64,000 nt of DNA from Oscillospiraceae bacterium (GTDB lineage Bacteria > Bacillota > Clostridia > Oscillospirales > Ruminococcaceae). Position 1 is the first letter of the stretch. Every line of letters begins with the position of its first letter. The notes under the pieces are model-generated. The model did no database searches and was not told the DNA's origin. It saw nothing but the letters and a program-made list of their open reading frames with translations. Shown here one piece after another: positions 56,157 through 64,000 of the stretch. The stretch is from NCBI GenBank assembly GCA_900768105.1, contig CAAGBQ010000055.1:928-64927 (forward strand), in the 5' to 3' direction. A program made the position numbers and the translations under genes.

Positions 56157-56186
56157 AAAAAAGCCCGGCAATGCCGGGCTTTTTTG
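56157..56186 (+). terminator. Intrinsic terminator
   Basis: A6-gcccggca-at-gccgggc-T6. Confidence 0.75.
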
Positions 56187-56309
56187 TGTGTAAAAAATAT
56201 TGATGGATTTTATCTGTCCGGATTTTCGTTTTAATCTTTACATTCACCTTCGTTTAGTGTAAAATAATATAAAATAGGGGTAATTGGAAGGTCCGCTCCC
56301 TTTGACAAA

Positions 56310-57035
56310 ATGATAGGGGTGATTGTGTTGGAACTTAAATACAAACGCATTTTGCTCAAGCTTTCTGGAGAAGCGCTTGCCGGAGAAAAGGGTATGGGCA
56401 TAGACTTTGATGTGGCAACAAAAATTTGCGAGAGCATTAAAAAATGCAGCGAATTGGGTGTGGAGCTTGCCATAGTGGTCGGCGGCGGCAACTTTTGGCG
56501 CGGCCGCAGCAGCGGAAACATGGACAGAAGCCGCGCGGACCATATGGGAATGCTTGCAACCGTTATGAATTCGCTTGCACTGTGCGATGTTCTTGAGCAA
56601 ATGGGCGTGCCCGCAAGAGTACAAAGTGCGCTTTCAATGCCGTCCATAGCAGAACTTTTTGTTAAGGATAAAGCGGTACGCCATCTTCAAAAAGGACGCG
56701 TGGTCATCTTTGGCTGCGGCACGGGATGTCCGCATTTTTCCACCGATACGGCAAGTTCCCTTCGTGCAGTGGAAATCGGCGCGGATGTTATGTTTAAAGC
56801 CACTATGGTGGATGGGGTTTATGACAAAGACCCGCACAAGTATCCCGACGCCGTAAAGTACGACCGACTTACTTTTAAAGAGGTGCTGGATAAGGAACTT
56901 GGAGTTATGGATTCCACCTCCGCGGCGATGTGCCGCGATAACGATATGCCGGTTTATGTTTTCAGCCTTGCCGATCCGGACAACATTGTGCGCGCGGCTT
57001 GCGGAGAAAATATCGGCACCCTTGTTACTGACTAA
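56310..57035 (+). CDS. pyrH: UMP kinase. The true start is possibly GTG 56325 or TTG 56328, after AGGGGTG.
   Basis: [13 protein letters not shown]...[10 protein letters not shown]... Confidence 0.93.
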   Translation: MIGVIVLELKYKRILLKLSGEALAGEKGMGIDFDVATKICESIKKCSELGVELAIVVGGGNFWRGRSSGNMDRSRADHMGMLATVMNSLALCDVLEQMGVPARVQSALSMPSIAELFVKDKAVRHLQKGRVVIFGCGTGCPHFSTDTASSLRAVEIGADVMFKATMVDGVYDKDPHKYPDAVKYDRLTFKEVLDKELGVMDSTSAAMCRDNDMPVYVFSLADPDNIVRAACGENIGTLVTD

Positions 57036-57120
57036 TAGGTTTATTATTTGTCGAAGGCCTTTCGGCAAAGGGCATTTCGGCTTTATCAAATTATTTTTGC
57101 CGGATAAAAAGGAGGACATT

Positions 57121-57675
57121 ATGAGAGAACAGCTTATTCCCTATAACGAAAAAATGGAAAAAACCTTGGCCGTCCTTGCAGAGGACTATGCTTCCATTCG
57201 CGCAGGTCGTGCTAACCCAGGTGTTCTTGACAGAATCAGCGTTGAATACTACGGAGCAATGACTCCCGTTAACCAGCTTGCTTCCGTTTCTGTTGCAGAA
57301 GCCCGCATACTTGTTATTCAGCCTTGGGACAGAAGCTCCCTTAAATCCATTGAAAAAGCAATCAACACTTCCGATATAGGCATTCCGCCGCAAAACGACG
57401 GAAGCTGCATTCGCCTTGTGTTCCCGCCTCTTACCGAGGAGCGCCGTAAAGAGCTTTGCAAGCAGGTAGAAAAGCACGGCGAAGAGGCAAAGGTAAATAT
57501 TCGCAACCACCGCCGCGATGCAAACGATTTCTTTAAAAAACAGCTTAAAGATAAACTTATCACCGAGGATGAGCAAAAAGACATTGAAAAGGATGTTCAG
57601 AAGCTTACCGATGACTTTATTGCAAAAATCGTCAAGATGATTGACGAAAAGAAAAAGGAAATTATGGATATCTGA
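57121..57675 (+). CDS. frr: Ribosome recycling factor
   Basis: ...IRAGRANPGVLDRISVEYYG...; AAAGGAGGA RBS. Confidence 0.95.
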   Translation: MREQLIPYNEKMEKTLAVLAEDYASIRAGRANPGVLDRISVEYYGAMTPVNQLASVSVAEARILVIQPWDRSSLKSIEKAINTSDIGIPPQNDGSCIRLVFPPLTEERRKELCKQVEKHGEEAKVNIRNHRRDANDFFKKQLKDKLITEDEQKDIEKDVQKLTDDFIAKIVKMIDEKKKEIMDI

Positions 57676-57701
57676 TTTCCGGATTGGCAGGAGGTTACTG
57701 T

Positions 57702-58385
57702 GTGATTGATAAAAATCTTTTGCCGCAGCATATTGGAATTATTATGGACGGAAACGGCCGCTGGGCAAAAAAACGCGGCCTTCCGAACAATATTGGACAC
57801 AAAAAGGGTGCCGAGGTATTTGAAAATATATCTCGGCATTGCCGTGATATAGGCATTCCGTGGCTTACCGTCTATGCATTTTCCACGGAAAACTGGCGCC
57901 GCCCAAAGGAGGAGGTCGCCGGAATTATGAATCTTATGCGCAGCTATCTTAAAAATATGGTGAAGGCAAAAAACGAGCATATTGCGGTGCGCTTTATAGG
58001 AAACCGCGATAATATCGAACCGGATTTGCTGGAGCTTATGGAAGAGGCCGAAAGCGCGGATGTGGGCGAGGTTATTACTACGGTTCAGGTGGCGTTTAAT
58101 TACGGCGGGCGGGACGAAATCGTTCACGCCGCGCGCAAGCTTGCCCAAAAAGGCGAGGAAATAACGGAGGAAAGCATATCCGCAAATCTTTATTCCGGCG
58201 TGCCGGAGGTTGATTTGATTATGCGGCCGAGCGGAGAAGAACGCCTTTCAAACTTTTTGCTTTGGGAAAGCGCATATGCCGAATTTGTGTTTATGGATGT
58301 GCTATGGCCGGATTTTACTCCGGAGGATTTTGACCTTGCACTTGAAGAATTTGCAAAGCGCAGCCGCCGCTTTGGCGGAGTGTGA
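57702..58385 (+). CDS. uppS: Isoprenyl transferase (undecaprenyl diphosphate synthase)
   Basis: HIGIIMDGNGRWA, ...FSTENWRRP..., RLSNFLLWESAYAE. GTG start 7 nt after AGGAGG. Confidence 0.93.
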   Translation: MIDKNLLPQHIGIIMDGNGRWAKKRGLPNNIGHKKGAEVFENISRHCRDIGIPWLTVYAFSTENWRRPKEEVAGIMNLMRSYLKNMVKAKNEHIAVRFIGNRDNIEPDLLELMEEAESADVGEVITTVQVAFNYGGRDEIVHAARKLAQKGEEITEESISANLYSGVPEVDLIMRPSGEERLSNFLLWESAYAEFVFMDVLWPDFTPEDFDLALEEFAKRSRRFGGV

Positions 58386-58403
58386 CAAAAAAGGGGAAAT
58401 ATT

Positions 58404-59219
58404 TTGAAAACAAGGATAATTTCCGCCGCGGTGGGTCTTGTACTGCTGGGCGTGGTTTTGTATTTTTTTAATACTCCGGTTTTGGATGCTGCGGTGGCGC
58501 TGCTTTCCGTAATTGCGGTGCATGAATTTGTACATGCGGCGGGTCTTTCAAAACACAGGCTGCTGGAAGCGGTCTGCCTCATTTTCGGGGCGGCTTTTTC
58601 CACGGTTTATTTTAATATTTTTTCCGGCATAACCTTTCTTGCAGAACTTATTTTTGCGGGAATACTGATGATAATGCTGCTTTTCGACCACAAAGAGTTG
58701 GAGGTTGGCAGAGTTGCATTTGTATTTATGGTATCGGCGCTTGTGCCGAGGGCATTTTCTATGCTTTTGCTTTATCGTGAATACGAAAGCCCCATTTGCT
58801 ACTATCTTGTGGGGTTAAGCCTTTGTGCCGCGTGGCTTAATGATATTTTTGCATATTTTTCTGGATATTTCTTCGGAAAGAAGAAGCTTTGTCCGGAAAT
58901 CAGCCCAAAAAAGACGGTGGAAGGCGCTGTCGGCGGCGTTGTCGGGGACCTTATACTTTGCCTTGTACTTACATATGCTTTTGCTGCTGCCATGCAGCTT
59001 TCGGTTAATTGGTTAAGCCTTTGCATATTCCTGCCCATCGGCGCAGTGGCAAGCATTTTTGGCGACCTTTGTGCTTCCATAGTAAAGCGCCAGTTTGGAA
59101 TAAAGGATTACGGCAACATCATGCCGGGTCACGGCGGAGTTATGGACCGCTTTGACAGCTGGGTTTTTGTTGCGCCGCTCCTTTATATATGGAATATTTA
59201 TCTTCCGTTCATAGGTTGA
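58404..59219 (+). CDS. cdsA: Phosphatidate cytidylyltransferase
   Basis: SPKKTVEGAVGG... and GHGGVMDRFDS signature. Confidence 0.9.
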   Translation: MKTRIISAAVGLVLLGVVLYFFNTPVLDAAVALLSVIAVHEFVHAAGLSKHRLLEAVCLIFGAAFSTVYFNIFSGITFLAELIFAGILMIMLLFDHKELEVGRVAFVFMVSALVPRAFSMLLLYREYESPICYYLVGLSLCAAWLNDIFAYFSGYFFGKKKLCPEISPKKTVEGAVGGVVGDLILCLVLTYAFAAAMQLSVNWLSLCIFLPIGAVASIFGDLCASIVKRQFGIKDYGNIMPGHGGVMDRFDSWVFVAPLLYIWNIYLPFIG

Positions 59220-59297
59220 ACAAAAAAATTTGATACAGTTATTATTGCCGCGGAAATTTGCGGCAATAATTTTATGTGATACATGGAGGAATTTGCG

Positions 59298-60437
59298 GTG
59301 AAAAGGATAGCCGTTCTAGGCTCAACAGGTTCGATAGGTACGCAGACCCTTGATGTTTGCCGTCGCCTTGGATATTCAATAGAGGCACTTGCGGCAGGAA
59401 GTAATGTTGAGCTTTTGGAAAAACAGGCACGGGAATTTTCTCCAAGGTTTGTTGCACTTGCGGACGAAAGTGCCGCAAGGCGCTTGAGCATCGCACTTTC
59501 CGGCACGGGTATAACCGTGCTCGGCGGAGAAAATGCCGTGCTCAAAGCGGCGGAAGCAAATTGTGACATTGTGCTCAATGCTGTAACGGGAATTGCGGGT
59601 TTGCGCCCGACTATTGCCGCTATCGAAGCGGGCAACGATATTGCTCTTGCAAACAAAGAAACCCTTGTGGCAGGCGGAAAAAGAGTCATGGACTATGCCG
59701 CGGAGCATGGAGTAAAAATCCTTCCGGTAGACAGCGAGCATTCTGCAATATTTCAATGCCTTCAGGCAAAGGGTGATTACGCCCGAATAAAAAAGCTGAT
59801 ACTAACGGCTTCCGGCGGACCTTTTTTCGGAAAGACCGCAAGGGAGCTTGAAAATATGCGTCCGGAGGACGCCCTCCGCCACCCGACATGGAATATGGGC
59901 AAAAAGGTTACGGTGGATTCCGCATCAATGGCGAACAAAGGGCTTGAAATTATTGAAGCGGCACATCTTTTCGGTGTGGAGCAGAATAATATTGATGTGG
60001 TGATACACCGTGAAAGCATTGTTCACTCGCTGGTGCAGTTTGCGGATAATTCCGTTTTGGCACAGCTTGGCGTGCCGGATATGCGCACACCCATTCAGTA
60101 TGCGCTTACATGGCCGGAACGCGAAAAAGGTGCGGCGGCAGAGCTTGACCTTGCGGCGGTGGGTGCACTGCATTTTTATAAGCAGGACGAAGAGGCGTTT
60201 CCGTCAACGAATCTTGCACGCCGCGCGCTTGCAAAAGGCGGCACGGCAACGGCGGCATTCAATGCGGCGGATGAAATAGCTGTGGCGGCTTTTCTTGGCG
60301 GAAAGATAAAATTTACGGATATACCTAAAATAATAGAAAAGACTATTGAAAAGGAATTTACAAACGGAAATTCTTTTGAAGAGGTATTCTATACCGACTC
60401 GGAAGCGCGCAAATTTGCATTATCACTTGTAAGATAG
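59298..60437 (+). CDS. dxr: 1-deoxy-D-xylulose 5-phosphate reductoisomerase
   Basis: KRIAVLGSTGSIGTQTLDV, ...LANKE..., DSEHSAIFQCL. GTG start 7 nt after GGAGGA. Confidence 0.95.
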   Translation: MKRIAVLGSTGSIGTQTLDVCRRLGYSIEALAAGSNVELLEKQAREFSPRFVALADESAARRLSIALSGTGITVLGGENAVLKAAEANCDIVLNAVTGIAGLRPTIAAIEAGNDIALANKETLVAGGKRVMDYAAEHGVKILPVDSEHSAIFQCLQAKGDYARIKKLILTASGGPFFGKTARELENMRPEDALRHPTWNMGKKVTVDSASMANKGLEIIEAAHLFGVEQNNIDVVIHRESIVHSLVQFADNSVLAQLGVPDMRTPIQYALTWPEREKGAAAELDLAAVGALHFYKQDEEAFPSTNLARRALAKGGTATAAFNAADEIAVAAFLGGKIKFTDIPKIIEKTIEKEFTNGNSFEEVFYTDSEARKFALSLVR

Positions 60438-60449
60438 GAGATTGCGGTT

Positions 60450-61478
60450 TTGAATATTTTAAGCATTATAATTGCAATTTTGTTTTTTGGCTTTATGATT
60501 TTCTTTCATGAGCTTGGTCATTTTGCAACGGCAAAATGGGCAGGGGTAAAGGTAAATGAATTTGCCATCGGCATGGGTCCAAGGATAATTTCAAAAACGG
60601 TGGGAGATACAACCTATGCTTTGCGCCTGTTCCCGATAGGCGGATTTGTCGCTATGGAGGGCGAGGACGAAGACAGCGCAGATGCAAAAAGCTTTACGGC
60701 TTGCCCGGTTTGGAAAAGGATAATAATAACCGCTGCGGGCGGGATTATGAACCTTATTCTCGGTCTTGCGGTGGTTATTGTGCTCACCTCCGGTCAAAGC
60801 CTGCTGGGGACTACTACGGTTGCAAATTTTACCGAAAATTCCGCCTCCGCAAATTATCTTCGGGTCGGGGACAGAATAACCGCGGTAAACGGGGAATCCG
60901 CAGATTGTGACTATGACATAATCTATTCGCTTATCCGCGACAGCGACGGCGTTGTTTCAATGGATGTTATTCGCGGAGGAGAAAAGCTTCATATTGACGA
61001 TATAGCCTTTAATATGGCAGATTATGACGGAACGAAGGCGATTGTTCTCGATTTCGGAGTTTATGGTGAAGAACCTACCTTCGGCGGAGTTATCTCATAT
61101 TCTTTCCGCTGGATGTATGCGCTTATCAAGCTTGTCTGGCGCTCCCTTGGTGATATAATCAGCGGAAATTTTGCGCTTAATCAGCTTTCCGGCCCGATAG
61201 GAGTTACGGAAGCGATTGCGCAGGCGGCTTCCTCCACCAACATAAAGAGCCTGCTGCTTATCCTTGCGCTTATTACGATAAACTTGGGAGTGCTTAATCT
61301 TATGCCGCTTCCCGCACTGGACGGCGGAAGAATATTCTTTATGATAATCGAATGGGTTCGCGGAAAGCCGATTAACCGCAAAGTGGAAGCCGTCATTCAT
61401 TCTGTCGGAATGGCACTTTTGCTTGTTTTGATGGTTATTGTGGCATATAACGATATAGTAAAGCTTGTTGCGAGGTGA
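60450..61478 (+). CDS. rseP: RIP zinc metalloprotease RseP/RasP
   Basis: HELGHF, PDZ-like middle region, NLMPLPALDGG. Confidence 0.9.
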   Translation: MNILSIIIAILFFGFMIFFHELGHFATAKWAGVKVNEFAIGMGPRIISKTVGDTTYALRLFPIGGFVAMEGEDEDSADAKSFTACPVWKRIIITAAGGIMNLILGLAVVIVLTSGQSLLGTTTVANFTENSASANYLRVGDRITAVNGESADCDYDIIYSLIRDSDGVVSMDVIRGGEKLHIDDIAFNMADYDGTKAIVLDFGVYGEEPTFGGVISYSFRWMYALIKLVWRSLGDIISGNFALNQLSGPIGVTEAIAQAASSTNIKSLLLILALITINLGVLNLMPLPALDGGRIFFMIIEWVRGKPINRKVEAVIHSVGMALLLVLMVIVAYNDIVKLVAR

Positions 61479-62521
61479 AACACTTGGCAAAGGAAGTTAA
61501 AATAGGAAATATTGCTATTGGCGGAAGCAACCCCGTGGCGATTCAGTCTATGATAAGCGTGCCTTCAACCGATATAGAGGGCAGCGTGCGCCAGGCTGTG
61601 GAGCTTGAGCACGCGGGCTGTGAAATTTTGCGTGCCGCAATTCCGGATATGGCGGCGGTGGAGCTTATTCCTGCCATAAAAGAAGCAATAGATATCCCCC
61701 TTGTGGCAGATATACATTTTGATTATAAGCTTGCGCTTGCTGCAGTGGAAGCGGGAGTGGATAAAATACGCATAAATCCGGGCAACATCGGCTCGGAGGA
61801 GAGGATTCGCAAGGTTGTTGAAGCTTGCGGAAACGCAGGGGTCACTATCAGGGTCGGCGTAAACGGAGGTTCTTTGGATAAGCGTCTGCTTGAAAAATAC
61901 GGCGCGCCGACTGCGGAAGCTCTTGCCGAAAGCGCAATTGAGAATGTTGCCCTGCTTGAAAAATTCGGATTTACGGATACGGTAATTTCCATAAAATCAA
62001 GCGGAGTAAAAACAATGATAAACGCTTGCCGCCTTGTGGCGCAGCGCTGTGATTATCCGCTGCACCTTGGGGTTACAGAAGCGGGAACGGAGCATATGGG
62101 TATAATAAAAAATGCCATAGGTATCGGCTCCTTGCTGGTTGACGGAATCGGCTCCACCGTACGCGTTACTCTTACGGCGGATCCCGTGCGCGAGATTTAT
62201 GCGGCAAAGGATATACTTAAAGCCGCCGGAGTGCGCAAATTCGGCGTAAATATAGTTGCCTGCCCAACCTGCGGCAGAACAAGAATAGATTTGATAAAGC
62301 TTGCAAAAGAGGTAGAAGCCGCCCTTGCGGGCTGCGATAAGGATATAACAGTAGCAGTAATGGGCTGCGCCGTTAACGGCCCCGGCGAAGCGCGGGAGGC
62401 AGATATAGGCGTTGCCGGCGGTGATAAATGCGGGCTTATTTTCAGGAAAGGCGAAATTCTTCGTAAGGTTCCGGAGGAAGAAATTCTTTCGGCACTGCTT
62501 GAAGAAATTGAACGGATTTAA
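61475..62521 (+). CDS. ispG: 4-hydroxy-3-methylbut-2-enyl diphosphate synthase
   Basis: ...IAIGGSNPVAIQSM..., RINPGNIG, CPTCGRT, GCAVNGPGEA. Confidence 0.95.
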   Translation: MKHLAKEVKIGNIAIGGSNPVAIQSMISVPSTDIEGSVRQAVELEHAGCEILRAAIPDMAAVELIPAIKEAIDIPLVADIHFDYKLALAAVEAGVDKIRINPGNIGSEERIRKVVEACGNAGVTIRVGVNGGSLDKRLLEKYGAPTAEALAESAIENVALLEKFGFTDTVISIKSSGVKTMINACRLVAQRCDYPLHLGVTEAGTEHMGIIKNAIGIGSLLVDGIGSTVRVTLTADPVREIYAAKDILKAAGVRKFGVNIVACPTCGRTRIDLIKLAKEVEAALAGCDKDITVAVMGCAVNGPGEAREADIGVAGGDKCGLIFRKGEILRKVPEEEILSALLEEIERI

Positions 62522-62524
62522 GGG

Positions 62525-64000
62525 ATGGGAAAAACTGTTGCGGAGGTTTTTGGGATAGAAGAAGGCTCCGTGCTTGCCTCGGCGGAAATTTCCGCTATGC
62601 GCATAGATATGGAAAACCGCAGCGTAGAAGCAAAAATTGCTCCCGCAAAAACGGTACATAAAAATGAAATATATGCGCTGCAAAGCAAGCTTTGTGAGAA
62701 GCTGGGCATTCACGATGTCCGGCTTATTCCTGTCTATGCTCCGTCGCTTTTAACTGAAAATTATTTCGGCGATATTGCTTTGGAAGCAGCGCGGAGAGGC
62801 GTTCCTACAAACGGATTTTTTGCGGATTGCACCGCGCATATCGGCGATGGCAAGCTTAAAATTGAGCTTGCGCACGGCGGGGCGGATATTCTTCTGCGGG
62901 AACGCTGCGACAAAATTATGCAGCAGATAATCCGTGAGGAGTTCGGAACGGCGATAGAGATTGTTTTTTCCGGGGTTACGGAGGTTGATTCAACCGTAAT
63001 AAATGTTCAGGCTCCGCCGCCGGTAAAACTTACATCTCCGTCGCAAAAACCGCGTGCAACCACACAGACGCGGACAATGCCCACGGCATCCGGCGCAGGG
63101 CTTGACCTTTCCGGATTGCCGATAGACGCTTCCGAAATGGCGGTGGTTATAGGGCGCCCGATAAAACAGCGGCCTATGCGCCTTGCGGATGTGGATATGC
63201 AAAGCGGAAAGGTAGTTGTTTGGGGAGATATTTTTTCTGCGGATTCAAGAGAAACCCGCGATGGAGAAAGCGTTATTATCTCTCTGATGATAACCGACCT
63301 TACCGGCTCAAATACGCTTAAAATAATAGCAAAAAAGAAGGATGCCGAAAATGTTCTTGCACTGAAGCCGGGAATGACCCTGCTTGTACAGGGCGAAGCC
63401 TCCTTTGATAAATATGACCACGATGTTACAATCCGTCCGAGGGATATTTGCAAGGTAAAAAGGATTCACCGTACCGATGATGAGCCGGAAAAGCGCTTTG
63501 AACTTCATATGCATACAAATATGTCCCAGATGGATGGCGTGACGCCGGGAGATAAGCTTGTTAAGCGAGCTTATGAGTGGGGGCATCGCGGAATAGCCGT
63601 TACGGATCATGGCGTTGTGCAGGGTTTTCCGGATGTTATGAATGCCGTGCGCGCATTGAAAGATGATAAATTTAAGGCGGTATACGGTATGGAAGCATAT
63701 TATGTCGACGATACCGTAAAGGCGGTTCATGGAACTCCGGATATGCCGTTTGACGGCGAAATAATTGCATTTGACCTTGAAACAACTGGACTTTCCGCCG
63801 CAATCGACAGAATTACCGAAATCGGTGCGGTGCGCATAGTCGGCGGAGTGCTTAAAGACGAGTTTTGCACCTTTGTAAATCCGGAAAAACACATTCCGGA
63901 GCGTGTTACCGAGCTTACCGGTATTAATGATTCTATGGTTGCGGATGCACCGAGCGAGGAAGAGGCTCTGCGCGATTTTTACGCCTTCTGCGGAAATTCA
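62525..64000 (+). CDS. polC: DNA polymerase III PolC-type, 3'-partial (runs off the window)
   Basis: Open frame from the ATG at 62525 to the window end. PHP start ELHMHTNMSQMDG, exonuclease motif IIAFDLETTGLS. Not listed in the ORF track because it has no stop. Confidence 0.9.
   Translation, partial: MGKTVAEVFGIEEGSVLASAEISAMRIDMENRSVEAKIAPAKTVHKNEIYALQSKLCEKLGIHDVRLIPVYAPSLLTENYFGDIALEAARRGVPTNGFFADCTAHIGDGKLKIELAHGGADILLRERCDKIMQQIIREEFGTAIEIVFSGVTEVDSTVINVQAPPPVKLTSPSQKPRATTQTRTMPTASGAGLDLSGLPIDASEMAVVIGRPIKQRPMRLADVDMQSGKVVVWGDIFSADSRETRDGESVIISLMITDLTGSNTLKIIAKKKDAENVLALKPGMTLLVQGEASFDKYDHDVTIRPRDICKVKRIHRTDDEPEKRFELHMHTNMSQMDGVTPGDKLVKRAYEWGHRGIAVTDHGVVQGFPDVMNAVRALKDDKFKAVYGMEAYYVDDTVKAVHGTPDMPFDGEIIAFDLETTGLSAAIDRITEIGAVRIVGGVLKDEFCTFVNPEKHIPERVTELTGINDSMVADAPSEEEALRDFYAFCGNS

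Noticed and set aside
55356-56171. 271-aa minus-strand ORF opposite the pduS/pduT-like genes
   Set aside because: BMC-domain and ferredoxin motifs read cleanly on the plus strand. The minus frame has no motif or RBS.
54142-56186. A complete bacterial microcompartment locus
   Set aside because: Only one BMC-T gene and one PduS-like gene are present. There is no BMC-H, BMC-P, aldehyde dehydrogenase, phosphotransacylase or signature enzyme anywhere in the 64 kb.
61997-62713. 238-aa minus-strand ORF spanning the ispG-polC junction
   Set aside because: It overlaps two strongly supported plus-strand genes.
1-64000. CRISPR arrays, rRNA operons, IS elements or transposases, and reverse transcriptases
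   Set aside because: No regularly spaced direct repeats, no rRNA-like sequence and no transposase or RT-like ORFs were seen on either strand. The only tandem repeat is the 21-bp in-frame coding repeat at 43186-43248.

Overview
This 64 kb chromosomal segment looks like a spore-forming Firmicute of class Clostridia. PolC, SigG, YlmC/YmxH, a YlbJ-like protein, a DUF421 protein and a PPi-dependent phosphofructokinase support that call, and GC looks roughly 50% by eye. Most of the window is housekeeping: uvrA (5' partial), a ClpC-like unfoldase, tRNA-Gly, phoH-ybeY-era-yqzL-recO-mutS2, lepB, mnmA, sigG, and the cluster rpsB-tsf-[insert]-pyrH-frr-uppS-cdsA-dxr-rseP-ispG-polC (3' partial). No rRNA, CRISPR array, transposase or integrase was seen. 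Five regions look non-core. (1) An orphan pduS-like/pduT-like redox and microcompartment-shell pair sits between tsf and pyrH, with no other BMC genes in the window. (2) A 1053-aa low-complexity ORF (41956-45117) resembles a phage/ICE polyvalent protein and looks truncated at both ends; a small membrane-anchored protein is encoded divergently next to it. (3) An AT-richer islet lies directly downstream of tRNA-Gly. It holds a membrane-anchored XRE regulator, a repeat-bearing 455-bp spacer and a 204-aa repeat protein. (4) An AT-rich two-gene islet encodes secreted or lipoprotein products (38.4-40.6 kb). (5) Several promoter/leader/terminator units could be cis-regulatory RNAs or sRNAs but match no riboswitch class I can recognise. 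All functional calls come from reading motifs in the supplied translations. No database search was run.
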